Shown: positions 1-12,817 of the stretch, piece after piece
Layout: the number at the start of each line of letters is the position of its first letter
Numbering within the stretch: the stretch's first letter is position 1
NCBI RefSeq assembly: GCF_016433145.1
Contig: NC_058133.1
Coordinates: 33,633,536-33,697,407 of the forward strand
Length of the DNA stretch: 63,872 bases
Reading direction: 5' to 3'
Source of the DNA: Gracilinanus agilis
Lineage: Eukaryota
Program-made: the position numbers and the translations under genes
Notes under the pieces: generated by a model
What the model was told of the DNA's origin: nothing
Databases searched by the model: none
Seen by the model: only the letters and a program-made list of their open reading frames with translations

Positions 1-162
1 CGGTGTATTGTCTCATAGGTGGAAGATTGGTAAGGGTGGGCAATGGGGGTCAAGTGACTTGCCCAGGGTCACACAGCTGGGAAGTGGCTGAGGCCGGGTT
101 TGAACCTAGGACCTCCTGTCTCTAGGCCTGACTCTCACTCCACTGAGCTACCCAGCTGCCCC
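1..162 (-). mobile_element. Opossum tRNA-derived SINE (SINE1_Mdo-like), young subfamily, cut by the window edge
   Basis: Reverse complement of ggggcagctgggtagctcagtggagtgagagtcaggcctagagacaggaggtcctaggttcaaac...; near-identical to copies at 21459 and 38130. Confidence 0.85.
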
Positions 163-2699
163 CTCTCTCTCTCTTTTTCTCATTTTCCCTACCTTCACTC
201 TTCCTATTTGTAAATAAACTACCATAAAAGTCATCCTGACTTGGGTCTTTCATTGGAATTGTGAAAATCAATTCCTGGCAACCAAAACTTTAAATCTCTA
301 GTCCAACCATAATTTTTATCCCTTACATGGGTGAGGGTGGGGGTGGGTGGGAATATTAGTACAAAACAGTTATAGAGTATTACAGAATTATAGAATATAA
401 AATACATCACAACATAAAGGGTATGGGGTTTCACATTGACACTTACTTCTCCCTTCCTCCCTCCCTTCCTTCCTTCTCCCTATCTCACTCAGGCAAGAAA
501 ATCAGCAGCTACTCATGGGCCTGGTCCCTGACCAGACAACTTGCTCACCTCTCCTTAGGCAACCTGGTGACCCCCTGCTCCCCAACTACCGAGGGCCATT
601 AAAACCCATCTGTCTAACATGGTCACAGGGGGACCTCGAGGAAGTGCATGGACATGGCAGCCTCAGGAAGGATGGAAACCCCTCACGCAGATACCCCTGT
701 GTGACTCTTCTCTTACTAACTTCCTTATTATTGGAATTATTGTGATTAATATCCCTACTCAGCCCCAGGGAAATATAGAAGAACATTATAGGCTATTATT
801 AGAGCCCTTACAGGCCCCCTACAAACTCCTAGGAAATTCCCACCTTTACATGTAGTAATACAGAAATTTCCCTAGAAATCACTTCACAACAAATCAGCAA
901 ATAGTGAGTTATGTTAAAGATTTAAAAACCCTAACTTAAATCTCCCATACACAGGTGCCTGAAAAAACAGGCCAGAACAGTCTCCAAGTTTCCCCCCTCC
1001 CTGATCCCTGATTCAGTACGGTATGTTAATATAAAAGAACAATGAATGATAAATAGAGAAATTGTCTCTCATGAAAAAGACTGTACTTTCCTACCACTGT
1101 AGCCCAAGAGATATGTAAAACGTGCCTTGAAAAATATGGAAAGTTACTGGAGAATGAAAAGTATGACTTAATACATTGTCTCTAAGAAAAGATGCATGAT
1201 GAGAATGAATTTCCATGCCAACATTATGTGTGATCTCAAAGCGCATAAAAAATTATATAAAAATAAACCTTATTCAAGGCAGAGCAGAGCAGTATTCATG
1301 ATGCCTGCCTGGCTGAAATTCAGACTGTCTCTCATTGGCCTCAACACGCCCATGCCACCCACCTCCTAGAGACACTGGACCTGTGGGAGTTTCACTCCCG
1401 CACTCAACCTTTGGGAGGACATTTTTATCAGTTTAGCCCATTGCAGTTCAGAACTTTCAAAGTCAAGATGGACCAGCCTCAGCCTCCCTAGTTACAAACA
1501 TTTAGCACCAGATCTGGCTGATTCTCCTTTTGAGAACCCAAAGTTCGTTCGTCTCCTTCGACTTCTTGTCTATTAAGGAATAATAAATGATTACTGATTG
1601 ATTGAACTGTTTTGCTCCCTGCCAGCTTTCTAATAATTCTTGTGTCTTTTTGTATCCTTGTGGGAATTCCCTCCCTCATGCCTAGCCACTGTATTTCACG
1701 AGATTACAAATGCATCGTTCTTGTCAAGCCAACGATCCCTAATGTGCTAAGTCCTTTGATAAGTGTTTGCTCTTTTGCATGTGGTACTGACTTATGGGAT
1801 ATTGTTTGCCTATTCATATGCTAATTACCAGCGTATGTTGTGCCATGAACGTCATCTGCAGGGCTCTTTGGAAGATGCTTTATGGTGCTCATTTGCATAT
1901 TTGTTTACAGTTTTGTTTGCCACATATTAACTACATTTGACAATTGCTTTATTATTTTATTACTGTGTAGCTCTGCACATTTGCTCTTGGATTTAGCTTT
2001 ATGGTTTACTCACTACACTATTCACTAATACTTGGACCAAAATGGAGCTTGAAAAGACAGGAAAGTTTTGTGAGAGAATGGGTGTAAATAAAGATACAAG
2101 ATACACACACTCCTTGCTCCTCGGAGTATATCCTGCACGTGAAAATTGGCCTCTCCTTCTCAGTCTACTTTGCAGAATCTTCCTTTTGCAGGTAATGCCT
2201 GCTTGCCCTGAGTGTCCTTCAGGGTACCAACAACCTCCCAGTTCAAGTCTTCTTTCCCTCAAGACCTCTCAGTCCCACCTCCCCAGGCTTCTCCCCATCC
2301 CCCTACTACCTTTCACTTATGCTGCTCTATGTAACATGGGGGCTCTAGTCCTACTCCCTCAGGGTCAGACCTGTCTCCCCATTTTGCTGGCTGTGCTCCT
2401 CTAAGCTTGGGGAGTCTGGGACTAGCATCACTGGTTTGTTTAATCTCTGAATGATGGGTAGCTTTTACAAAGGCACATTGACTTCATTGGTAGATGATGG
2501 AACCTTTGACCAGGGAAGTTGGGAAGAGGGGAGACAATGTAAGTGAAAGAGATGAATATTTACAAAAATATTAATTGCTCAGAATAACAGAAGAAGAAAT
2601 GGGATACTTAAATAACCCTATCTTAGAAGAAAGAAGTTACAGGTCTAGAGACAGAAGTTATCACTAAGATTCCACACTATGACCAGGTGGGTTGGGTAG

Positions 2700-3560
2700 C
2701 AGGAATGAAGGGCTGCTTCAAATATTAGGAAAACCATCCACATAATCGATCATATCCATCACAAAAAACAATAAGATCCTATGAATCATCTCGATGAATG
2801 AAAAAGCTTTTGACTCCTTCCTATTAACAATTATTAAGAGCACAGGAACAAATGGAGCTTTCTTTAAAATGATTACTAGTATCTATCTAAAACTATCAGC
2901 AAACATTATCTGTCATGGGGATATGCTAGAAGCCTTTCCAACGAGATCAGGGCTAAGGCAATATTCAATAGTGACTCTGTGGGGAAGCTGGGTGGCTCAG
3001 TGGATTGAGAGCCAGGTGGGAGGTCCTAGGTTCAAATCTGGCCTCAGACACTTCCCTGCTGTGTAATCCTGGGCAAGGCATTTGACCCCCATTGCCTAGC
3101 CCTACTGGCTCTTCTGCCTTGGAGCAGTATTGACACCAAGATGGAAGGTAAGGGATTAAAAAAAAAAATAGTGACTGTGACTGAGTAGCTCTTCTCAGCA
3201 GCACAGTGATCTAAGACAATTCTGAAAGATTTATGATGAAATATGCTCTGCACCTCCAGAGAAAGAACAGATGGAGTCCGAAGATTAAGTATCCTTTTTT
3301 CACTTACTACTTTTAATTATTCCTGAGGGTTGGGTTTTTTTTGGGGGGGGGGAGAAAGGGGCTCCTGTGTTTTCTTTTGCAACCTAATTGATGGAAATGT
3401 TTTGCATGACTTCACAGTTATAATCTATATCAAATGACTAGCCTTCTCAGGGAGGGAGTAGAGGGGGGAAGGGAGGAGAGACTTTGGAACTCACCAGTTA
3501 AAAAAACAAATGTTAAAAAATGTTGTTTACGTGTAATTGAGAAAAAAGAAAAATAACATT
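2700..3560 (+). mobile_element. Old L1 remnant (ORF2 RT fragment plus 3' region) interrupted by a SINE1_Mdo-like copy at 2981-3170
   Basis: Translation EKAFDS..IIKSTGTNGAFFKMITSIYLKLSANIICHGDMLEAFPTRSGLRQ resembles L1 RT. The SINE is flanked by TSD aatagtgact (2967-2976 and 3167-3176). Confidence 0.8.
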
Positions 3561-4465
3561 TTTTTAACATTTATTAATATTCATTTTTAACATGGTTACA
3601 AAAATAACATTTTTAAAAAAGAAACTAGGTAGGATACTCTACAGAGTGAGGCTTTCTTGATTGCTTTGTTGAATATCTAGACTTGAGAAAATAATGGAAA
3701 CATTAATAATACAGATGAGACAGTAAAAGTGTTGCCATTGTACATTCTTCCCCAATGCAACAAAATCAGCTAGTTGTTAAACATCTAACAGAACATTCCC
3801 AGGATACAGATACTTGAAGGTTCATGAAGTTATCTATTGGTCTGAAGTCCCAATAAGAATATCTATCACTCCTGAGCCTCCGCCAGCGTGTACCTACACA
3901 ATTAGATGGGGGGAAAGGGGAGGCTCAGGAAGGACAGTACTTACCATTCTCCCGTGAACCTGGAGTGATGTTCTCCCAGAAATACTCACATTCCCAGTGG
4001 AAGGAGTGGGCACAAACTGAGAGTGGACTGCTGCTGAGCCACTCATATTGAGAACACCTGGGGTCAAGGCAACTACAGCCTAAGGACTGCAATATGTCCT
4101 TTCCCTGCCAGGAGTGTCTTTATGCTCCACCTCCCTGAGTAGGGCAGCTTTTGGTAGGTGGGTCACGTTTGAGTTCTTATGACCTCATTTTCAAATCATC
4201 CCATTAATGATTCTCCTAGAGTCTTAAAACAAAGGATTCCTTTTGTAAAGATATTTTATTTTACCAATTACACATAATAACAATTTACCTTTTCTGCAGT
4301 TATATGTCCAAATTGTCTCCCTTCCGTCCCTTCCCTCCCCCTTCCTAGAGCTGGTAAGAAAACAAAGAACTCAAAACTGGGACAAAGATTGAATTTACTG
4401 TGAATTGATTTTGCCTCTTTCTCAAAACTGAGTTAAAGGAGACAATTGAATCCAATCACTGTAGC

Positions 4466-4681
4466 CAGTGATGGTGAACCTTTTAGAGACCAAGTGCCCA
4501 AACTGCAACCCTCCCACTGCAAGTGAGCTCCCTGCCTTACCCCGATAGGTGAGGGAGGAAGTGCTCCCACTAGGTTGCTGGGCAGAGGGTTGGGTGATGT
4601 GAGAAATGTCCTCAGAGGCATGTGGAGAGGGGGTAGGGAGCAGCCCCCTCTGGCATGTGTGCCATAGGTTCACCAACATGG
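4466..4681 (+). mobile_element. hAT/Charlie MITE (OposCharlie3-like)
   Basis: Imperfect TIRs cagtgatggtgaacct / aggttcaccaacatgg; homologous to 27575-27779. No TSD discernible. Confidence 0.75.
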
Positions 4682-4933
4682 CCCTACCCTTTGGCTATTT
4701 AATCTTTCCCAAACTTTTGTGAAACTCGGGTCCCATTCCTGTTGTTCAGTGCGGAAGTCCTAGTGCTTCTGCTCTGTGTGTCTTCCCAGATTGTAATCCA
4801 AGGGTTACTGCCCTGTGTGGTTTTCTTGATTATAAAATCTGAATCACTATTATTATTTCCTTGGTAATTCTGTATTTTTTTCAGGTTGACTCCCAAATAT
4901 TAGACTACTTTCTTGAATTCAAAGTTAACTCTA

Positions 4934-5126
4934 GGGGGCAACTGGGGGCTCAGTGGATTGAGAGCCAGGTCTAGAGACGGGAGGTCTTAGGTTCAAATCT
5001 GGCCTCGGACACTTCCTAGCTGTGTGACTCCAGGCAAGTCACTTAATCCCCATTGCCTAGCCCTTACCACTCTTCTGCCTTGGAGCCAATATACTGTATG
5101 GAAGGTAAGGATTTAAAAAAAAAAAA
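4934..5126 (+). mobile_element. SINE1_Mdo-like SINE
   Basis: SINE body with poly(A) tail; TSD tcaaagttaact at 4919-4930 and 5127-5138. Confidence 0.85.
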
Positions 5127-5249
5127 TCAAAGTTAACTGTGTTTTCTGTTGCCAGGAGTTCTCCCTGTAGCTAATGTAAAATTGAAAATGGATTGTAATT
5201 CTCTTTTGAAAACATTCAAGCTGGCATGGGTTTAATGCTCTTCCACACC

Positions 5250-5475
5250 AGCTAAGTGGCATAGTAGATAGAGTCAGAAAGTCTCATCTTCCCGAGTTCA
5301 AATCTGTCCTCCGACACTTACTAGCTATGTTACCCTGGGCAAGTCACTTAATTCCCTGTTTGCCTCAGTTTTCTAATCAGTAAAATGAACTGGAGAAGAA
5401 AATGTCAAACCACTCCAGTATCTCTGTCAAGAAAACCCCAGATGGAGTCATAAGAGTCTGAAACAACTGAACAAT
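5250..5475 (+). mobile_element. CORE-SINE (MAR1/MIR-like)
   Basis: Core gagttcaaat...ctgggcaagtcacttaa...gcctcagttt plus RTE-type tail ctggagaagaaaatgtcaaaccactccagtatc. Confidence 0.75.
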
Positions 5476-6099
5476 GAGAAAACCAGCCAGAGAAGCTTGC
5501 CAGAAAGCTAAGATTTTGTCTTGAAATGACCTCCTCTCTGGACTCAGTTCTATTGTGATTGACTCTCTTCTCTTGGGTTGATTATCTTTGTGAGATCACT
5601 CCCTACTACTTAACTCATATTCATGTAAGCCATTGCAGACTACACCCAGGTCCGGAGACTAATTCTATGACCTGAGGATTACTCCCATCTCTCAGAAAAG
5701 AAGGAAGGAGAAGCTGAGGTGACTCTTAACCCACCTCTTCATTAAAATGTCATGATGTAATGTCAGGCCAATCAGAAGAAGAAACACATAACACTAGAGA
5801 TTCTGTTCTGTCATCTTTCTAATTGTTATTAAAACCCTTGCCAGTCCCCACAATGACTTTGGTCATTGAGCAAGGCCAATAAGCCAATCTATTGGTTACT
5901 ACTAGGCTAAATAATAAATAGATCAGGTTCACAGAATCTTGGCTCTCAATTTAGCTTAATTATCTTAAAGTAACACCACACCCATCTCTCTGCTACCAAT
6001 AGAATGCTCTGTTTTTTTTTCGACCAAGTTGACCTGGCTGGTTGGGGAAGTGGAGATAAATTCTCTCTCCAAATGGCTATCTTCTGATAGATACTAAAG

Positions 6100-7225
6100 C
6101 AGGGGTCTGCAACCTTTTTGGCCATGAGAGCCATAAATGCCACATTTTTTAAAATGTAATTTCATGAGAGCCATACAATATGTTTAACACTGAATACAAG
6201 TAAATATGTGCATTTTATGTAAGAACAACACTTAAAGTACAATGAGCCTCTGAACTATTTTTAATAATGTTATTATGTGCTAAGCAATGATGAATAAAGT
6301 ACATTAATGTGACTTCTGGTGCTGCATGGTTTTGTTGATTATTAATCAAAATTATTTTGATTATTAATTAAAAAACAAGACTTAATGGGGCACTATAGTA
6401 CTGATATAACTGCACACATACATATAAAACTCCTTTACACTAAGAAAATTGCTGAAATAAAGAGAGAAAAATTCAGGGAAGAACACTTTTTCCTCTTCCT
6501 CTCTCAAGTCAGGCAACAGGAGAAGAAAAAGCTGCCGGCCTGCTGGTTAAGCCATTTAGACACATAAATTAAGTAGGAGATCAGGAAATTACAGAAAATA
6601 ACATGACTTGTGTGCAGGCATTAGTAAGTAGTGGGGGAGGAGGGTACCTTTTCATGGAAAACTGGCCAGGACACATCACACACATTTCCTGGTATAGGTG
6701 TTTATCAGTGCTGCCTACTCAATCATTCTGTATCAAATGAAACAACTCCTGGGGAGAAATGCTTCTCACTAATGAAGCATATGTAAAGATGTAATCTGAC
6801 TATAGTTCCCCTTTAAGAGCAGGTAGAAAAGTTAAAAACAATAACAATCCCACAAATGGGGAGTGCAGACCCCATGAATGCACTGAGATAAAGCCATGTA
6901 AATCAGAGGCAGAGGGGTAGAGAATGTAGACAAAAGTGATCAATCACTATACAGAACCCCAAGATGTCAGTAACAGGTGTGGAAAGAGTAAAAGGAGGGC
7001 AGAAGGAGGAACACACAGCACACCACCAAGCTGAACTAAAGACCAGGATTCATCTGGCGTGGCAATATCAATGAGGGAGTCTTCTATCTTAGAAGATAGT
7101 AGCAGTACCGAAAGGTTCACGTGACGTATCACGTTGACGCATGATGTCATGCGTAAACTGTTAGTTACTGTGTCATGGTTGACTTTATGGCTCCTGCAGA
7201 AAGAGCCATATGTTGCCGACCCCTA
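6100..7225. mobile_element. Non-autonomous hAT/Charlie DNA transposon (~1.13 kb, OposCharlie2-like)
   Basis: TIRs caggggtctgcaac / gttgccgaccccta, repeated subterminal agagccata, and 8-bp TSD tactaaag (6092-6099) / gactaaag (7226-7233). Confidence 0.8.
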
Positions 7226-7389
7226 GACTAAAGGGTCACATCCTGTAAAGCTGCTTCTTGCCTGGATTGCTCTGATTGTTTGCACTTTAAATATATACAT
7301 AATATACAAAATTATGAATTTATTACATCTAGCATAGGCTCATTTTAACATGCTATGTGGAAGAATGATCTAGAAATGATCTAGATCCT

Positions 7390-8405
7390 TAATAAAAAGA
7401 TAAATGCAAATCAAAACCACCCAGAGGTTTACCTCCTACCCAGCAATTTGACCAAGAGAACAAAAGGGGGAATAGTCAATGTTGGAGAAAGTATGGAAAA
7501 ACAAGCTTTGTTGTTTTTCCAACACATTGTTGATTGAGTTGTGGATTAATGAGTTCTAGACAACAATTGGGAATTATGCAAATAAAATGGATAAAATGTC
7601 TATAATCTTTCATCTAGACATTCTACTCCTATGAATATATTCCAAGGATGTCATTGACAAAAAGAAAGGCTCAGTATATGCCAAGCAAGATGTTTATTCA
7701 ATGCTTTTTGTGGCAGCAAAGAACTGGAAACAAAGCAGATTCCCATCACCTGGGGAAAGGCTAAGCAAACCAGTGGCACATCAATGGAATGGAAGAAACT
7801 GTTGTTATTCAGCCTTCTTTTCCAAAAGGACCAATGACATCATGGGATAATATATATATATATATTTTTTTTCTTTTTAAATTTAAATTTTGAATATTTT
7901 CCCATAGTTACATGTTTCATGTTCTTTCCTTCTTCCCCAAACCCCTCCCCCCACTCCTCCCCGTAGCAGCTGCACAATTCCACTGGGTTTTACATGTATC
8001 ATTGATTAAGACCTAATTCTATATTATTGATAGTTGGACTAGAGTTATCGTTTAGTGTCTATATCCCCAATAATATTCCCATCAGCTCATGTGATCAAGC
8101 AGTTGTTTTTCTTCTGTGTTTCTCCTCCCACAGTTTTTCCTCCAAATGTGGCTAGTTTTCTTTCTCATAAGTCCCTCAGCCTTGCTCTGGATCCTTGCAT
8201 TGCTGCTAGTAGAGAAGTCTGTTATGTTCTATTGTACCACAGTGTATCCGTCTCTGTGTACAATGTTCTCCTGGATCTGCTCCTTTCACTCTGCATCAAT
8301 TCCTGGAGGTCTTTCCAGTTCACATGGAATTCCTTCATTTCATTATTCCTTTGAGCACAACAGTATTCCATCACCAACAGATACCACAATTTGTTCAGCC
8401 ATTCC
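7390..8405. mobile_element. Two L1 3' fragments: older on + (~7390-7800), younger on - (~7870-8405)
   Basis: L1 ORF2 C-terminus-like peptide EWLNKLWYLLVMEYCCAQRNNE on - and typical L1 3' UTR text. Confidence 0.8.
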
Positions 8406-9009
8406 TCAAAGGAAGGATATTCCATGGGATAATATCTTGACTTTCAAATGAATTGGATTTAAGTGAGGCAGAATTCCAGCCTCACTTTCTCTTCCAAAGT
8501 CATCAAAGACCAGTAGTGAGACAAAAATTAGCCCAGCCCAAAAGATAACAATGGCCCATCCATTCAAAGTGGATTTACCAATTAATTCCTAAACAGTCCT
8601 TTGACTTCCCTCCACTCAAACAATCTTGGGTGGTGGGGAGCTTGCCCAGTGGGATTCTCATGTGTTAGTGGTGCCTTTTGCCCTGGTCTATAACTATCTG
8701 GTTGTAGTTATGTGTAGGAGGAGGGAGAGGTAACAGTATGATACCAAAGAAAGAAGAAAAGGGGAACAAATCATTAATTAAACATATTTTAAATACGAGG
8801 GAGAAAACAAAAGGAAGTTCTGCAGGGGACACAAACAGGGCTATGTAGGGATTTCTATGTTAAATTGAATAATTTAAAATATTCAGTTTCATATACAAGC
8901 CTTTTTTCTGTTCTTTTTTGTATCAGGAAATAATCATTTTTTAAAAAGGTCAACTTTGTAATAAAAAATTTAACAAGAAAAAAAAAGGCAAAAGTTAGAA
9001 CAAATTGGG

Positions 9010-9410
9010 ATGAATCAGATTGCAATGGATGACCTTGGCCTCTTTGATGTCTGACCAGGCTCTAAGCATTCCACAGTGCCTTCTCTGGCTGCCTTCATGG
9101 CCACTGGAACAAATTGTTCTCATCTACCCCTTCTGCCAAAGGAAGTCTTCACATGCTTGGAGTAGACATCCCCCTCACTCATCTATGGGTTTAAGGCCTG
9201 TCAGTTACCATTAACCTGGTTTAGCCTACCTTTGAAGATGGTTTTACCAGGGGGTGGCCACTGTGCATGCTACAGCTTCTTGGAGGCAGACATGAGAATT
9301 GGGTGAAAGGACACCCAAAGAGGGATGAGCAACCCTGAAAAGAGCTCAGCAAGCTCTCATCCCAGTGGTGCTTGTCCTCCCTAGGCAGCTAGGGGGCACC
9401 ATAACGCACA
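9010..9410 (-). mobile_element. Probable RTE-type LINE 5' fragment (marsupial RTE)
   Basis: Recalled resemblance to marsupial RTE elements; degraded and not verified. Confidence 0.45.
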
Positions 9411-10149
9411 TAACACTTGCCCTTACCTCTAAAGGGGCTCGTCCTTTCTGGACACCTTCTACGTCTCTGAAAGGTATAGCAAATAGGATGAATCTAAAGA
9501 AGCACATGAAGATTTCTATGAATGGATGGAGGAGTGCAGTAGGCAGTCACAAAAAAAATATACATAGTAATTCCATAATGTGGAATATTGCATGTCAGAG
9601 GTTTTATTTCAATGTACTGATCATTTTGCTGAATTTTTCCTCTTTTTAAAAAAAATTCTTTGAAATAAAAAATACCTTTTGGTGGGGAAGAAAAAGGGGT
9701 ACAGGGAGAAATTCAGTGATGTCAACACAAAAATATCAATAAAACTAATTTAAAAATAAACGGAATATTACACAATTATTAAAAATCAAATTTGCTTTGA
9801 AAGAAGATATGGGAGGAGTGGGGGGACCTAGGTGATATAGAAATTAAAGATAATGAAAATCATTAAAAATTTCATTGAGTAATAACAACATTCATCTGCT
9901 TCTCTGTATCCCCTTCTGGACTTCCTTAACTTCTCTTTTGTTTTAAAGATTTTCCTTGATGCACTTTTATTCTTTGTACTCCAAGACTCCTAGATCTTTT
10001 TCAGACGATATGCTCTCTAAACCTATGCCCCCCCATCTTATACTTTTAAACTGATTGCTTTAACCAAGAATAAAACTTCACCTTCATCACTTTTAAGGGT
10101 TTTTTTTAGGTTCAGCCCCAGGTTTTATTTTCTCAAGATCTTTTTGATT

Positions 10150-10870
10150 TTTAACTGTCATCTAGCATGTTAGCTATCCCTCCCAATTGGTTATCATCTG
10201 CAAATCTGAAAAAAATAAATCATGAATGACTTTATTCAAATAATTGAAGAAGATATTAAAGGACATAGGGCTAAGCACAGATCCTGAGGGTATGCCACTA
10301 GAAATTCATTCCAAGTCTACAGTGGACTTGGAATTAATGATTCTTTGGGTTTGGCCAATCAACCAATTCCAAATCCATTGAACTGTATTTCTCTCTCTGT
10401 TGATGACATTGAATCAGAATCCTTGCTTTTAACTTTAATTCAGTTTCTTACTCTACCCATAATTCCTTTTTTTATTTTGAATATTTTCTCCTAGTTACAT
10501 ATTTCATGTTCTTTCCCTCTCCTCCAAATCTCCCTTAGCTGACACACAATTCCACTGGTCTACCCATAATTCCATTCACCGAGCTTTGCTGTGACTTAAC
10601 TCCTTTTTCCTTGCTTCAGTATCCAGTCCATCACCAAATTTTATAATTTTTGCCTCCACAAGACCTCAGCTCTCTCTTACCCATTCCCTTCTCCCCCTTC
10701 AGAAGCTGCCACCATCTTTGTTCAGACTCTATCATTTTTCTCTTTTAATCATTACAACAGCCATCTGATTGGTCTCTGTGCTTCCATTCAATATCTTCTA
10801 CTCAGCTGCCAAGGTGATTTTGTTTTCAAGTATAGATCTGCCCAAAGCATTCCCCTTCTCAAAAGCTTCA
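10150..10870. mobile_element. CR1/L3 fragment (~10150-10400, -) and L2 fragment (~10570-10870, +)
   Basis: ttatcatctgcaaat is the reverse complement of CR1 KFADD coding sequence; cagctgccaaggtgatttt is an L2 signature. Confidence 0.55.
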
Positions 10871-11332
10871 GTTCATTTTACTTTTTACTCACACTTTACA
10901 CTTTGTGTCTAGATGGAAGGAGAGGCAAAGACAGAGGGTAGGTGAGACAGATACATGGGGAAGGGGAGATAGTAAGAAAGGGGAGAGGATGAGATTCATC
11001 TATCCAGTTTAACAATCATTTTTAAAGTGTCTTTGGTGTGTTTGACAGAAAGGCACCATGATAGAGTGTCTAGAGAGCTGGACCCAATGTCCGAGAGACT
11101 TGGATTCACTGCTTACCTCTGACATGTGTAGCTTTGGCACCCTGGCATGTCACTAAACCTACATTCTCTAAGACCATAGGGAGCAGAGGCCCCCTTCTGC
11201 TTTGCTCAAGGGAGTTTCTTCACCAGAAGTTATCTACATCAATGCAATCCCAAGTGTATCCCCCTGCTCTCCCTTTCCATCCATCCCATGTATTTGGATG
11301 AAGTTGCCAAAACAACAAATTAAACAGTTCTC

Positions 11333-11464
11333 TAATTGCTACTGCTAGCATTTCTAGTACAATATTGAATAGAAGGGGTGATAATGGGCATCCCTTGCTT
11401 CACCCCTGATCTTACGGGAAGGCTTCTAACATCCCCATTGCAGATGATATTTGCTGCTAGTTTT
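11333..11464 (-). mobile_element. Internal L1 ORF2 fragment without tail, flanked by a 19-bp direct repeat
   Basis: Reverse complement encodes [41 protein letters not shown] with small indels. aacaaattaaacagttctc occurs at 11314-11332 and 11465-11483. Confidence 0.8.
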
Positions 11465-12568
11465 AACAAATTAAACAGTTCTCAATATGAAGAAACATTC
11501 TACTTGGAGAGAGAAGCTACCTAGAAGATGGGGTGAGTGCTCGGTCCCTGGGTATTTTGTCTATGAAAAGATCAGATCCTGAGAGACATGACAGAGATGG
11601 AAGGACACAGAGAGAGAAGAGACCAAGACAGAAGTCGAGAGGAGACTTGAGGTAAAACAGAGGCAGGGAGAGGAGATGGAAATGGAAGTGAAAGAAATGG
11701 AGAGGAGGAGGGGACACAGAAGAGAAACCTGGCAGCTAGTCTTGGAGAAGGTTGGCAGATCTTGAAGTCTAGGGTGATTTACAGGCCTGGGTGGGCCCAG
11801 GTTCTACTTCCTCTGTCAGGTCTCAATGACAAGAGATAAGGGTACAGATAAGGCTGGGAGGGAGGCACCCAGAGAAGATCCCCATGACCTTCAGTACCTG
11901 GGGCCAAGCCTAGGATGAATGTCCAACTGGAGCCTGGAGAGATCCCGATTCCCCTGTGACTTAGGATGGAGTATTACAACTCTCCAGTCAGGGTTGGGAG
12001 CAGGACATGCCCGAAGCGTGGGAAGAAGGGAATAATGAGGATGGTGGTGTGGTGGGGAGGAGAGGACCACCAGGTCACCCATTCATCTGCAGCTGCTCAG
12101 AGACTTTCCCCGTTCTTAAGGCAAGTCATTTCTAGGTGCTCCCAGGTTTAGAAAGCCCTTCACAATTTACAACCCTACCAATCACTCAGAGGGTGGCACA
12201 TGCCTGGTCACAGAAGCCCTTCCTTGGGAATGGATCTTATAAGTTCCCAAAGGGTCCCAAAGTACCAGAATCATTCCTAAATGCCTACTGACTGACTAAG
12301 CATCAGTTCTTGTATAGGACACACAGGACACTTCTCTTGTCTTGGGAGGGCTCGTTCCCATGCTTGGAGAGGAATCTTTTGGTAAGCTGTCAAGTGTCAC
12401 AGAGAGGCTAGTAAAGGCTGGCACCATGAGTGCAGGGCTGGCCCTGGCTCTTGCCCACTAGGTTCATTTCGTCTGATGGGAACAGCTGGCCCAGTTCCCA
12501 TTCTCTGGGTGGGGGAGGTAGCCCAGTGACAGCCCCAATCCATTCTGGCTTTATGGGCCCCAGGTCAG

Positions 12569-12803
12569 CTATTTAAGGGGTCTGGGCCACACCCCCAGGT
12601 TTTCTGTCCTCTGCACCGGCTGGCACCAAGGCAGGTAAGGCCAGGAAGCCGCAGAGTCAGGCTTTACCCCTAGATCACCTCCCCGTACATAAACATTTGA
12701 TGAGGAGCTGCAGACCACTGAAGAGAAGGGGTGGCGGGTAGGGAGCTGGCTCAGCCAGACATGTCTGTCTGAGCTGCTGCTGCGGCCCCCTGTGTCCCTG
12801 CAG
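12569..12803 (+). promoter_or_regulatory. BEST4: Putative BEST4 core promoter, short non-coding exon 1 (~12600-12634) and intron 12635-12803
   Basis: TATA-like TATTTAA at 12570-12576, CCACACCC box at ~12587, donor CAG|GTAAGG at 12634/12635, and acceptor tccctgcag| at 12803, 14 nt before the ATG. Confidence 0.6.
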
Positions 12804-12817
12804 ACTCAGACACAAGC

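Noticed and set aside
200-2420. Unique-looking block with several 60-120 aa ORFs, possibly ERV/LTR-derived
   Set aside because: No recognisable gag/pol/env motif, paired LTRs, PBS or TSD could be established by eye.
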